Positions 1 through 13,699 of a DNA stretch of 64,000 nt are shown in pieces (position 1 is the first letter of the stretch; the number at the start of each line of letters is the position of its first letter). A program made the position numbers and the translations under genes. Location of the stretch: contig NC_043001.1 in the NCBI RefSeq assembly GCF_006345805.1, positions 50,530,001 through 50,594,000 of the forward strand, in the 5' to 3' direction. The stretch comes from Octopus sinensis. Its lineage: Eukaryota. A model generated the notes under the pieces. The model ran no database searches. It had not been told where the DNA came from and saw only the letters and a program-made list of their open reading frames with translations.

Positions 1-235
1 TATAAAACAAACTAATATACAAGGAATTCAGGATTAATGATTCAAATTATAAAGAAATATAAAACCAATACTTTCAAAAAGATATTTGTCATATAAATAT
101 GTATGTGTGTGTGAATAGGTGCAGGCATGGCTGTGTGGTAAGAAGCTTGCTTCTTCTCATTCACATAGTTCCGGGCTGACCAAAGTCTTGTGAGTGGATT
201 TGGTAGATGGAAACTGTAAGAAGCCTGTCGTGTGT

Positions 236-280
<45 letters not shown>

Positions 281-284
<4 letters not shown>

Positions 285-445
285 AGAGTTCACGAAAAAG
301 ACAAAAGACAAAGACAGGTGGTGTACAAAACAGGAATTGAAAAAGTCTTTTACGTTTCGAGCCTATGCTCTTCTACAGAAAGGGACACAGAAAAAAACAA
401 GGAGAGAAAAAAAAATGTGTGTAGTGGCTACCGATCTATCATGGT

Positions 446-447
<2 letters not shown>
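281..447 (-). mobile_element. Family D repeat copy
   Basis: Same motif on the minus strand at 346-383 (CTGTAGA-A-GAGC(ATAG)GCTC-GAAACGT-A-AAAGA); flanked by (TA)n on both sides. Confidence 0.6.
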
Positions 448-490
<43 letters not shown>

Positions 491-788
491 GTATTAGTAT
501 CCAGAAGACCCAAGGTGGCAGGTAACACTATGTAAGTGCTATGGAAAGACCGTAGTTAAACTCTCGGTTCGATAATGATACGAGTGAGAAGTATAATGTG
601 GGTCTTGTATGAGCATATATATATATATATATACATATAAATTTGACATGGGCGATTCTTTCTTGTCTTAGGATTCTTGGTCAAACAGCTAAGTGGAATT
701 GTGCAAAAAAGTATACAGAGGTGTAGAATGATCCGATGGTGATACTGGGTTTTGTATTCTTTTATAGCTCCCATGGTTACTGAGATAA

Positions 789-1252
789 TCTACTATAATA
801 ATACTCGTGTTTATGAATGAGAAAGGAAAGGGTGATAGATGAATAAAGAAGGAAGGGGTGATAGCTGAATAAGGAAGGAAGGGGTGATGTCATACTTGGT
901 AGTGTACACTGAAAAAGATAAATCAAATAACGTTTCAACTCTGTGTGAATATATATGTGTATGTTAAAGGAGGGTATGTGAATGTGTGTGTGTGCATGTG
1001 CAAGCAATGGAAATGGGATGGTTCATCCTTTGTTTGCTTAGTATTTGGGTTTATTTTTTGATTTGGTTGAGGCTTGGTTGTTTTTTTTTATTTTTTTGTC
1101 GGGTCAGTTATTTTTAGTGTTTTGACAGAAAAATGTCATTCTAAAATTGTTTTTTAACATAAGCATGCCCAAACAAGTTGAATGCTTACACAAAGCAGGT
1201 TTTACAGCCACATCATCCAAACCGACCGGGTGAAACCGGGCTTAGCTGCTAG
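789..1252 (+). mobile_element. Non-autonomous Helitron
   Basis: Starts A|TCTACTATAATAA and ends with the hairpin CCGG-GTGAAA-CCGG ~10 nt before CTAG|T. A|T target, no TSD. Confidence 0.6.
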
Positions 1253-1688
1253 TATATGTATATGTTTATGTGTGTGTCTGTGTTTGTTCCCCACCGCCAT
1301 CACTTTACAACTGATGCTGGTGAGTTTATGTCCCCAAAACTTTGCAGTTCAGCAACAGAGACCAATAAATTAAGTACTAGGCTTACAAACAATAAGTCCT
1401 GGGGATGATTTCTTCAACTGAAACCCTTTAAGGCGATGTTTCAGTATGACCATAGTCAAATGACTGAAGCAAATAAAAGGAATAAAAGAATATACACACA
1501 TGTATGTGCAACTATATATGTACACACACGAACACATTCATGCATGCATATATATACATACATATACATACCCAACCATAGAAACTATGCAAAAGCAGAC
1601 ATAGTACCGGGTAGAGTATGTATATACGATTCTGCCAGCTTGCTACCCTAATAATAATAATAATAATAATATAATAATAATAATAATA

Positions 1689-2081
1689 CTCTTTTACATG
1701 TTTCAGTCATTTGACTGTGGCCATGCTGGAGCACCACCTTTAATTGAGCAAATTGACCCCGGGACTTATTCTTTGTAAGTCCAGTACTTATTCTATCAGA
1801 CTCTTTTGCTGAACCGCTAAGTGACGGGGACGTAAACACACCAGCATCGGTTGTCAAGCAAGGCTAGGGGTACAAACACAGACACACAAACACATACATA
1901 CATATACATATATATACATATATACGACAGGCTTCTTTCAGTTTCCGTCTACCAAATCCACTCACAAGGCATTGGTCGGCCCAGGGCTATAGCAGAAGAC
2001 ACTTGCCCAAGATGCCATGCAGTGGGACTGAACCTGGAACCATGTGGTTGGTTAGCAAGCTACTTACCACACAACCACTCC
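1689..2081 (-). mobile_element. tRNA-derived SINE, family A (near full length)
   Basis: A-box TGGTTGTGTGG, B-box GGTTCAGTCCC, central CTTGGGCAAGTGTCTT block, internal (TA/TG)n, and a CAGCATGGCC...GACTGAAAC tail. Many copies in the window. Confidence 0.85.
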
Positions 2082-2365
2082 TTTCTACTAAAGGCACAAG
2101 GCCTGAAATTTGGTAGACTGGGAGATTACATCGACCCCCCAGGATAACAATCCTTCCTAATACAGGCACAAAACCTGAAATTTGGGGGTAGTGGGTAAGT
2201 CAATTACCTCAACCCCACTACCTGACTGGTATTTATCTTATCAATTGCAAAAGAAGGAAAGGTAAAGTTGGTTTCGACAACGTTTGAACTGCGATTTACA
2301 TTAGTCACATAGGACACCATGTCTTGTAAAGCCAGTGGAAATGACACTAAACATCATGTCTGGCA

Positions 2366-2718
2366 TACTCTTTTACTTTTTTATTTGCTTCAGTGATTTG
2401 ATTGCGGCCATGCTGGAGCAACACCTTTAGTCGAACAAATCAACCCCAGGACTCGTTCTTTGTAAGCCTAGTACTTATTCTATCGTTTTCTTTTGCTGAA
2501 CCGCTAAGTTACAGGGACGTAAGCACAGCAGCATCGGTTGTCAAGTGATAATGGGGGGGCGGGACACAAACACACAAACACTACCTAATCTACTCACAAG
2601 GCTTTGGTCGGCCCAAAGCTATAGTAAAAGACACTTGCCTAAGGTGCTCTGCAGTGGGACTGAACCAGGAACCATGTGGTTGATAAGCAAGCTATTTCCC
2701 ATAAAGCCACTCCTGCAC
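2366..2718 (-). mobile_element. SINE family A copy
   Basis: Homologous to 1689-2081 with an internal deletion. Confidence 0.8.
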
Positions 2719-3549
2719 CTATGCTAACAATCTAATAATCAATAAAAATAATGGTTTCAGATTTTGACACAGGGCCAGCAGTTTTTGAAGGAGGGGGAAG
2801 ACAATTACACCAACCCCAGTACTTGACTGGTACTTATTTTATCAACCCCAAAATGATGAAAGGCAAAGTTAATATCAGTGGAGTCTGAACTCAGAATGCA
2901 GAGACAGACAAAATGCCATTAAGCCATTAAGACAAAATGCTTAATGACATTTTGTCTGGAATGCTGCAGTTCTGCAAGCTTGCCACCTTAACAACTGATA
3001 ATAATAATCATCATCATCATCGTTTAACGTCCGCTTTCCATGCTAGCATGGGTTGGACGATTTGACTGAGGACAGGCGAACCAAATGGCTGCACCAGGCT
3101 CCAATCTTGATCTGGCAGAATTTCTACAGCTGGATGCCCTTCCTAATGCCAACCACTCCGAGAGTGTAGTGGGTGCTTTTACGTGCCACCGGCATGAGGG
3201 CCAGTCAGGCGGTACTGGCAGAGACAATGCTCAAATGGTGTTTTTTACGTGCCACCTGCGCAGGAGCCAGTCCAGCGGCACTAGCAACGACCTCGCTAAT
3301 AATAATAATAACAACAATAATGATTTCAAATTTTGGCACCAGGCCAGCAATTTCAAGAGAAGGGTTAAGTCAATTACATTGACCTCAGAACTTATTTTAT
3401 TGAATCCAAAAAGTTGAAAGTTAAAGTCGACCTTGGCAGAATTTGAACTCAGAACATACAGATAGACAAAATGCCATTAAGTATTTTACTCAGCGTGCTA
3501 ATGATTCTGCCAGCTCACTGTAGCCGATATCACAATGGTTAGGTTGAAA

Positions 3550-4060
3550 CAACGGACAATCTAATCTCTGGGTGTAAAGTTTTAGCACCTATAAAGTATA
3601 AATCAAGATATGACAGAGTTGGCCAATATCTACACAGATTAATATGTCAGCATCATAAAATTAAAACTTCTGACAAGGTTTTATAAGCTCTGTCCTGAGG
3701 CTGTAAGTGAAGGAGAAAATGTAACGATTCTTTGAGAGTGTCCAGTACATACAGACAGAACCATCAAAACTAATAAATCTGATATTGTTGTGAAAGACCA
3801 AAATAATAAAGTTTGTTTATTGATAAACATGAGTGTTCCGTATGATTATAATATCTCAGCAAAAGAATTTGACAAGCACAGAAAATGTAAAGATTTGCCC
3901 GTTGAATTTGAAAAAATGTGACAACTCAAGACAGTTACAATACAAGTGATTGTGAAAATTATTTGAGAATGATCCCTTCCTTGGCTTCCCATCCATGCAA
4001 GAAGTGCAAAAGGTTGTTTTAACTGGTATGTCACACATATTTTAGAAGAGCATTATCTGT
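3550..4060 (+). mobile_element. Degenerate R4/Dong RLE-domain fragment
   Basis: Disrupted homolog of 5373-6221 (DRVG.YLH, K.DIVVKD, LLI.MSVP). Confidence 0.7.
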
Positions 4061-4649
4061 GAATTTTCTTTCTATTTTCTCCTTTTTTTTAAATTTTTCT
4101 ATTTTTTTCTTTTTTTTTAATTTTTCTATTTTTTTCTTTTTTCCCTTTCTTTTCTATGTAAATGAACAATCTGGTGTGTTTTTATTTTAATGACCTACAA
4201 ATGTATACAGTGAGTTTCTTTGACCTAGGTGTTGGGAAGACACTTGGCAAGAAATGGAAACAAAATTGGAAAAAGAAGAAATAATAATAATATCATCATC
4301 ATCATCGTTTAGCGTCCGTTTTCCATGCTAGCATGGGTTGGACTAGATAATAATAATAATAACAACAATAATAATAATAATCTTTTCTACTATAGACACA
4401 AGGCTTAAAATTTGGTGGGAGGAGGCCGCTCGATTAGATTGACCCCAGTATGCAACTGGTAGTTAATTTATCAACTCCCTGAAAGGATGAAAGGTTAAGT
4501 TGACCTCAGCGGAATTTGGACTCAGAACACGAAAAGGGATGAAATAGTGCTAAGCATTTTGCCCGGCGTATTAATGATTCTGTCAGCTCGCCGCCTTAAT
4601 AATAATAATAACAATAATCATAATCATAATAATAATAATAATGATAATA

Positions 4650-4960
4650 ATACAAAATTTTTTTTTATTGGCCACAAGGGCTAATATAAATCAGAAACAT
4701 TAAAGAACAACACAAGACGATATACAAAGAGTTTTGCAAAGAACGGTCCATGTAAACATTCGATAACAGAAAAAACAATGTAACAAGTAAAAACTCCCAA
4801 TTGAGAGAGGTACTTTAAAAAAACCCGTAAAAGCCACGGGTACCTGATCAACAGGGCAAGAGCCCTTTCTTCTTTTATACCTTTTTATTTTTCCAGGTGT
4901 AATCTCAAAATTGGTTCATCCATACTGGTCATTTTTCCAACATTCACTCAGCTTTCAACA
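4650..4960 (-). mobile_element. Probable L1/Tx1-group LINE 3' end (duplicated at ~6555-6870)
   Basis: Degenerate C-terminal reading frame, then a 3' UTR ending TTAGCCCTTGTGGCCAATAAAA. Clade assignment is tentative. Confidence 0.4.
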
Positions 4961-5201
4961 AATAATAATAATAATAATAATAGGCACATTAAGTATGATA
5001 AAAAATATTCAGACAAATACATAACAAAAACACCAGGACTAACAAGTATATACAGAAAATAGCACTACTAGGCACCACACACATCCTACGTAAAACTTTC
5101 AATACAGTAAAAATAAGAGCATCACAACAAACCACAGCACATACCTAAGGCACAGAGAGCTGCACTCAGTAGTGCAGTGAAAGCACATAAAATCAAAACT
5201 A

Positions 5202-5261
<60 letters not shown>

Positions 5262-5264
<3 letters not shown>

Positions 5265-6250
5265 GAAATCATACCACCTAATAAACATGAAGAAGAAGAA
5301 GAAGAAGATGAAGAAACAACAAAAGCTATAAAACAAATGAAATCCAAACTAAAAATAGAACAGCAATGAACCATGATAAAACGATGGCAAGAAAAGCCCC
5401 TTCATGGTAAATACTGGACTAAACTAAACGCAAAAGAAATAGACAAAGAAAAATCCCAGCAATGGTTGAGAAGCTCAGGACTCAAAGCAGAAAGAGAGGG
5501 ATTTTTAATTGCAGCACAAGACCAAAGCCTCCCCACCAGAAATTACCAAAAACATGTAATGAAAAGAAATATTACAAGTAACTGCAGAATATGTGGAGAT
5601 GGACAAGAAACAATAAATCATATTATCTCTAGCTGCCCAGTCCTGGCTAAGAAGGAATATATTCACAGACATGACAGAGTTGGAACCTACATACATTGGA
5701 AGCTATGCCAACATTATGGAATAACAACAGAAAAAAGATGGTATAGACACACACCAGAAAAGTTCACAGAAAACAAGAAAGCAACCATACTCTGGGATAT
5801 GCCGATACACACAGACAGAGAAATTAAGGCCAACAGACCAGATATAGTTGTCAGAGACCATGAAGAAAAAAAATGCTTTCTAATTGATGTATCAATACCG
5901 GCTGATGACAACGTGTCTCTAAAAGAAATGGAGAAACTCTCAAAATACAAAGACCTGGAAATAGAGGTAACTAGAATGTGGAATCTGAAAACAGAAACAA
6001 TTCCTATCATAGTAGGTGCATTAGGCATGATAAAAAAATATTCAGACAAATACATAACAAAAACACCAGGACTTACAAACACATATAACATACAGAAAAT
6101 TGCACTACTAGGCACTGCACACATCCTCGCAGAACACTTTCCATACAATAACCATCAGAGCATCACAACAAATCACAGCACATACCCAAGGCACACAGAG
6201 CTGTGCTCAGTAGTGAAGTGAAAGCACGCTATAAAAATAAAACTACTGAA
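5262..6250 (+). mobile_element. 5'-truncated R4/Dong-clade non-LTR retrotransposon (CCHC knuckle plus restriction-like endonuclease)
   Basis: ORF 5373-6221 has CRICG...ETINHIISSC and RPDIV...LIDVSIP...EKLSKYKDL (PD-(D/E)xK RLE). Both ends abut (TAA)n. Confidence 0.9.
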
Positions 6251-7715
6251 TAATAATAATAACAACAATAATAATAATAATCTTTTCTACTATAGACACA
6301 AGGCTTAAAATTTGGTGGGAGGAGGCCGCTCGATTAGATTGACCCCAGTATGCAACTGGTAGTTAATTTATCAACCCCCTGAAAGATGAAAGGTTAAGTT
6401 GACCTCAGAGGAATTTGGACTCAGAGCACGAAGAGGGATGAAATAGTGCTAAGCATTTTGCCCGGCGTACTAATGATTCTGTCAGCTCGCCGCCTTAATA
6501 ATAATAATAACAATAATCATAATCATAATAATGATAATAATGATAATAATACAAAATTTATTTTAATGGCCACAAGGGCTAATATAAATCAGAAACATTA
6601 AAGAACAACACAAGACGATATACAAAGAGTTTTGCAAAGAACGGTCCATGTAAACATTCGATAACAGAAAAAACAATGTAACAAGTAAAAACTCCCAATT
6701 GGGGGAGGTACGTTAAATGTTACTCGTGGAAAAACCCATAAAAGCCACGGGTGCCTGATCAACAGGGCAAGAGCCCTTTCTCCTTTAATACCTTTTTATT
6801 TTTCCAGGTGTAATCTCAAAATTGGTTCATCCATACTGGTCATTTTTCCAACATTCACTCAGCTTTCAACAAATAATAATAATAGGCACATTAAGTATGA
6901 AAAAAATATTCAGACAAATACATAACAAAAACACCAGTACTAACAAGTATATACAGAAAATAGCACTACTAGGCACCACACACATCCTACGTAAAACTTT
7001 CAATACAGTAAAAATAAGAGTATCACAACAAACCACAGCACATACCCAAGGCACACAGAGCTGCACTTGGAAGTGCAATGAAAAGACATGATAAAAATAA
7101 GACTAATGAATAATAATAATAATGCCGCCGCCAGTGACGATGATGATGATAAATGCCCTGATGCAGTACCAGGCAGTGGCTCTCATAGCTTCTGATCTTA
7201 ACTGATTGGAAATGTTATCATGTACATTGTTTTGTCTTAGTATAAAAGATGGGCTACAGCAAATATTCTGCTCAATATCACAGATTTGCTTGTCAGTTGT
7301 TTGACCTTAACCAGTTGACCATGTCTTTTAGTGGTTGACGATATGTGCATCTCTGACCACGAGCAGAAGTAGTGGGGGAGCATCATAGCCGTGTGTTGAA
7401 AGGAATTCTTAGAGGTTTGGATAATTCACCTTTGGAAACAGGGGTGGTTCGTTCAACATCCTTAAACAATGCTGATTCAGGGACCTTTTGAGCAGGATGG
7501 GCTACTTGACCAGAAGAAAATTCTAACTGGGCCCCACCTGCAAGGTCATGCACTGTTTATCTTGATATGAGATCACCATGTCACGCACATATGGTTGTGA
7601 TGCATGTGCCTGGTGTACCCTTATCAGATGGGTATACTGGACTTCGTATATTTGACCCCAGTGTCACTTTGATGGCATGCACTGCTCTCTCACACATAAT
7701 AATAATAATAATAAC

Positions 7716-7747
<32 letters not shown>

Positions 7748-8009
7748 TAAAATAAATATATAAATAACAAAATACTGCCTTTGATGCTTTCTAGATGACT
7801 TCAATGTATTACCATAGAGTTAGGAGACAGCAGATGCTTTCTAAATGACTTTAACATGTTTTCATTTAGTTGGGAATAGACGTACATGTTACAATTATAA
7901 GAAAATTACTTTTATTTTTACAGTATTAATAATTATACTTACTTTAATAATTACAAATATCATTAATAATTGTTATAAATCAAAATATTGAACTGTCTCA
8001 AGTACTCAC

Positions 8010-8154
8010 GTTCTTCAGATTCAAGTAAATCGTGCAACTTTATAACCATTATTGTGGTGCCACATGATAAAAGGACAATTTGCCAGGCTGGTTTTCCTTC
8101 AAAAAGTTTGTTTATTTTCTCTTGAATAAATTTTGTTCCAACAAAAATTGGATT
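8010..8154 (-). CDS. SGPL1: Internal coding exon of a sphingosine-1-phosphate lyase-like gene (N-terminal membrane-anchor region)
   Basis: Canonical acceptor (TTAAC branch-like motif, long pyrimidine tract, AACAG at 8155) and donor (GTGAGT at 8009). 145 nt, open in phase 0: NPIFVGTKFIQEKINKLFEGKPAWQIVLLSCGTTIMVIKLHDLLESEE+1 nt. From memory this resembles Drosophila Sply INRAFGAKEPWQVATITATT and human SGPL1 [21 protein letters not shown]...QPE. Not database-verified. Confidence 0.75.
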
Positions 8155-8796
8155 CTGTTAAAAAGAAAGAGACAAAAATGGTTAATAACAAACTACATTT
8201 TGTTCAAACATTTATCTTAGTTCTCATTCCCTCCACCCCATTCTTGCAGTCTTTGCAAATTTTTTTAATATTTACATTCTATTAAAGCAATTAATTCCAA
8301 TATTCATTTTATCAATCCCTATTTTTCAAATGACTAAGTTACCCTTTATACATAGAAGGATGTAACTTGACACACATTTTACAGGGACATATACAAAACA
8401 TAAGACAAAAAGACTCAAATTAAATACCAGCAGTGAGGATGGAATGATCAAATAAAACCTGGAATCGAACTCACTACCTCATGACTGTGAGCCTGATGCT
8501 CTAACTACTGAACCATGTGCCTCAGAGAAAGAAAGAGAATAAATAAGCACAAGAATGAGAATAAATAAGTATTAGATTCGACAAAGTAATCTGAATGCTA
8601 AAGGGTTAAACACCACCAACAAAGGTAGAAGGCTATACTGAAAAATGTAGTCCCTTGATATACAAATAGACAACATGTTATATAAATGAATACATTAAAG
8701 GTAGTCTTCTTAGGCCTGGCTGACTCATTTTGAAATAGAGAAACATCACCTTGATACCAGTTATATTCCCTTTTGTTTCATCTTATAACAGAGCTG

Positions 8797-9701
8797 TACG
8801 AGGTGGTACCAAAAAGTTCCTGAACTAGTTCTGTAGCATGCCAACAGATGGCAGCACACAGCTGCATGCGTAGTGAGAGCTAGCAGTGACTTTCATGAGT
8901 GGCTTCCCAAGTTCTGAAATTTGTGTACCCACTACACTCTCGGAGTGGTTGGCGTTAGGAAGAACATCCAGCTGTAAAAACTCTGCCAGATCAAGACTGG
9001 AGCCCAGTGCAGCAATCTGGTTCACCAGTCCTCAGTCAAATCGTCCAACCCATGCTAGCATGGAAAGCGGACGTTAAACGATGATGATGATGTAATCACG
9101 TGTATGTTGTAGCCTGTGATTTTTGTCATGGACAGAAAGTTGGAACAAAGAGCCAATATGAAATTTTGCATTAATCTTGGGAAGTCTGCTACAGAGGCAT
9201 TGAACATACTTCGGAAAGCTTACAGCGACAAGGCGATGGGTTGTATGCAATGTTTGAGTGGCAGAGGCACTTCAAAAGTGGAAGACCCGCCACAAGCAAC
9301 ACCCCTGGAAAGGTGGAGAAAATTCATTAGCTTGTCCTCATTGGAGGACAATGACATTTTGAAATAGTCGAGGGAATGCACCCTGTCACTGAGCTCCCCT
9401 CACTCTCACCAAAAACATGGTGTCACCTCTGCACCCACCCTATTAGCCAGATTTAGCACCCACCTGCAGTGTTCCATCTTTTCCCCAAGACGAAAATGCA
9501 GCTCAAAGGATGCTATTTTAACACAGTTGTTGAGATGAAGTGCAAATCAAAAATGACTTCCAGGCCAGATTTCAAACATGGCAGGAACACTGGGACTGAT
9601 GTATTGTTGTGCAAAGTTACTATTTCGAAGGCAATGATGTTAAAAATTAGGTAAATAAGTTATTTTTTATTAAACATAACAAGTCCGGGAACTCTTTTGT
9701 A
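8797..9701 (+). mobile_element. Internally deleted mariner element with a nested RTE-3'UTR repeat (8905-9095)
   Basis: Left TIR TA|CGAGGTGGTACCAAAAAGTTCC and a partial right TIR. Remnant peptides EQRANMKFCINLGKSATE and HPPY.PDLAP..FHLFPK.KMQLKG. Confidence 0.8.
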
Positions 9702-10015
9702 AATTTTTAAAGCATCAATAAGTTTTATAATGAATACCTTTATGGAGACTTACTCAAAGTTAACAAGACGATCAGGCAAAGATGGCTGCGATTATCTGGT
9801 CACTGTATGTGCCACCCTAAACTGGAAGCATCAACTTAGATTCAAATGAATATGGTACTTAATTTAGATGCCCCAGAATTTTGTATGGTGTTACCCATAA
9901 AAATATGTGGGGTGATTATAATAAAAAAATAAGCAACAAGAATGAATCCGGTAATTTAGTACAATTGTTTCATACTACATATTACTGGATTCTTTCTTGT
10001 TGCTTATTTTTTTAG

Positions 10016-10046
<31 letters not shown>

Positions 10047-10874
10047 TCATCATCATTTAGCGTCCGTTTTCCATGCTAGCATGGGTTGGACGGTTCTACT
10101 GGGGTCTGTGAAGCCAGAAGGCTTCATCAGGCCCAGTCAAATCTGGCAGTGTATATATGTATATATATTTATGTATGTGTGTGTGTTTGTCTCCCCACCA
10201 CCATTGCTACTGGTGTGCTTATGTCCCCCATAACTTAGCAGTTTGGCTAAAGAAGACCAATAGAATAAATACTAGGCTTACAAAGAATAAATACTGGGAT
10301 TGATTTCTTTGACTAAAGGCCCTTTAAGGTGCTGCCCAGCATGGCCACAGTCATATAACTGAAACATGCAAAAGAGTAGATGGTACTTTATGGCAAGCAT
10401 GGGAACCTTTCTTTTTGTTTTTTGAGAAGTTGGGTCACACGAAACATAACACATCATCTGCCAGGCTGCACTATTAAAAAAAGGTCATGGTAATTGTTTG
10501 TTAGGTGTGCCATTCAGGAAGTCTGTCAGGTCCTAGTTTTCCGATGAATGTTTTATGCAATACAACCTTCACACATCCATCCTAACATTGCTTTCCCTTT
10601 TCTCCATTATCTTGGTCAAATTGTTGTGAGTGAACAAATACATCATAATAACATAGGGTACTTTAGTATCATAAGATACAAGGCACTCTCATTAGCACTT
10701 AGATCAAGTCAACTGTATGAGCTTTAATTTCTGTAATTTAATTCAATCATGTGATGTCACTTTCCCACACCCAAGGCATTGAATTCCAACAGGTTATGAA
10801 CATTTATTTTCCTTTCTGAATTAATAAATAAAAAAAAAAAGAAAATATTTGGGCAGTTTCAGTTAAATAAGCAG

Positions 10875-10935
<61 letters not shown>

Positions 10936-11606
10936 CATATATACATATATATATAGTTACACATATACATATATATATAGTTACACATATACATATATAT
11001 ATAGTTACATATATACATATATAATATAGTTACACATATACATATATATATATAGTTACACATATATATATATATAGTTACACATATACATATATATAGT
11101 TACACATATACATATATATATATAGTTACACATATACATATATATATATAGTTACACATATACATATATATATATAGTTACACATATACATATATATATT
11201 AGTTACACATATACATATATATATATATATAGTTACACACATACATATATATATATAGTTACACACATACATATATATATATAGTTACACACATACATAT
11301 ATATATATAGTTACACATATATATATATATATATATATAGTTACACACATATTATATATATATATAGTTAACACATATATATATATATATATAGTTACAC
11401 ACATATATATATATATATATAGTTACACACATATATATATATATATATAGTTACACACATATATATATATATATATATAATATATATATATATATATACG
11501 TATATATATATGTTGTTACATATATACATATATATATATGTAGTTACATATATACATATATAATATGTAGTTACATATATACATATATATATATGTAGTT
11601 ACATAT
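10875..11606. repeat. AT-rich minisatellite (TAGTTACACATATACATATATA-type units) grading from (TA)n
   Basis: Direct observation of ~22-30 bp units. Confidence 0.95.
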
Positions 11607-13300
11607 AGAATAACTTAGAAAGGTTTTTGGCCAGTATTGGCCCAGGCCATGTCTAACTTAATAGCACCACCTGGCGAAGTCTTTCAGTTCAGGATTTGGG
11701 CACCAAGGCCCATTTGAGCAGAGTTATTGTTTGCGGAGACATATCCGGGTGTGGGTGGTTTGTCCGGTACTGTTTGAAGGAATTTGTCCAAAGACTTCTT
11801 GAATTTTGTGTGGTCAGTTTCTTTTTTGACGTGGCCTGGTGTAATGTTGAAGAGAGCGGGTCCAATTGAGGTGAAATAGTTGTGCCGTATTGTCGTTATG
11901 TGATGCGATTTAGATTTTTGTTGTGGACGGATGGCACGTGGTCCAAGCCTTGGATGCATTTTGAAGGTGATGCCAACATCATTCGGACAGTGCTGATGGA
12001 ATATTTTCCACATCATACAGATAATGTAGCGTTCACGGCGTCGTTGGAGTGAATACAATTTCAGCTTCTCTAGTCTACCCCAGTAGTTAAGGTCTGACAT
12101 GCCATCTATCTTTTTTGTGATTGACCTTTGGGGAGCTTCAATTCTCATAATATTTTGTTTTGTGTAGGGAGACCACAGTGGACAGCAGTATTCAAGGTGG
12201 GGTCGGGCAAAAGTGGAGAAGAGAAGGATAATAGCGTGGGAATCTCTCGACTGGAAGGTTCTGAGAATCCAGGAACACATTCTGCGGGCCATGTCAACTT
12301 TGCTGCTTATATGTGTAGCCCAGCTTATGTTGTTGTCCACTGTTACTCCCAGGTTTCTGATGTTGTTGGATGCCATGAGAATTTCTCCAGAAGGAAGAGA
12401 GTATGGGAGTTTCAGAGCGTCCTCCCTTCCAAAGTGGATCAGTTCGAATTTGTCTTCATTTAGCAACATGTTATTCTTTTCCGCCCATTGGACAACAGCC
12501 AGTAGGTCTGACTGAAGGTTTATTCGGTCATCCACGCCATTGATGACTTCTGGAGCTTGGAATCATCAGCGAAGGTTCTGATGTTGCTGTGTTTGATGGT
12601 GTCAGTAATATCATTTATGTAGATGATGAAGAGAAGTGGGCCCAACACAGTGCCTTGTGGGACACCACTGCTGACTTTGGCTGGGCTGGATTTGACTCCT
12701 TCGACTACAACATGTTGGGTTCTGTTAGAGAGGAAGCACTTGATCCATTGCAGCAGCTTTCCAGTGACACAAATATGGACAACTTTCTCAGAAGGATCTT
12801 ATGATCAACCCTGTCAAAGGCCTTGCTGAAATCAAGGTAGATGACATCAGTGTTGGAACCCTCTCCCAAGGCTCTCAAAATGTCATCAAAATGATGCAGT
12901 AGCTGCGTCAGGCAATCTCTCCCATTACGGAATCCATGCTGGTTGGGGTTCAGCATATTATGACTCTCAAGGAAGTGACTCATACGCGATCTCAGCACCC
13001 TCTCAAATACCTTGATGATATGAGAGGTGAGTGAGATTGGACGGTAATTCACGGCAAGCGATTTGTTTCCTTTTTTGAAAACTGGGACAACAGACTGGGA
13101 TAGAAGGTCTTCTGGTATATATCCAGCATCCAATGAGTTCCGCCACAGATTGGCTAGAGGGGGTGCAAGTTGGTTTTGACACATCTTCAAGACACAAGCA
13201 GGGAACCTATCGGGACCTACTGCTGAATTATGCTTCATTTCCTTTATTGCTGCTAAGACATCAGGAGCGCCAAATGTTATGTCCGATAAAGTGTATTGGA
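11607..13300 (-). mobile_element. 5'-truncated CR1/Jockey-group LINE (reverse transcriptase, frameshifted)
   Basis: GPDRFP, NYRPISLTS, QHGFR, YLDFSKAFDRVDH, GVPQGTVLGPLLF, FADD and PHLEYC motifs across ORFs 12705-13238 and 11684-12535. Confidence 0.9.
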
Positions 13301-13668
13301 GAGTAACATATATTTATATGTAGTTACATATATACATATATATATATGTAGTTACATATATACATATATATATGTAGTTACATATATACATATATATATA
13401 TGTAGTTACATATATACATATATATATATGTAGTTACATATATACATATATATATATATATGTAGTTACATATATACATATATATATATGTAGTTACATA
13501 TATACATATATATATATGTAGTTACATATATACATATATATATATGTAGTTACATATATACATATATATATATGTAGTTACATATATGCATATATATATA
13601 TGTAGTTACATATATACATACATACATATATATGTAGTTACATATATACATACATACATATATATATT
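13301..13668. repeat. Continuation of the same minisatellite (TGTAGTTACATATATACATATA units)
   Basis: Direct observation. Confidence 0.95.
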
Positions 13669-13699
13669 AAGTTAAGGGTGACTTACAAAAAACGAACTA

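Noticed and set aside
540-785. Possible GIY-YIG endonuclease remnant on the minus strand
   Set aside because: Only vague similarity across frameshifts; it needs an HMM search to support.
1-8009. Search for the next (phase-1) SGPL1 exon
   Set aside because: No candidate with splice signals and the expected basic KKxF motif was found; it presumably lies left of the window.
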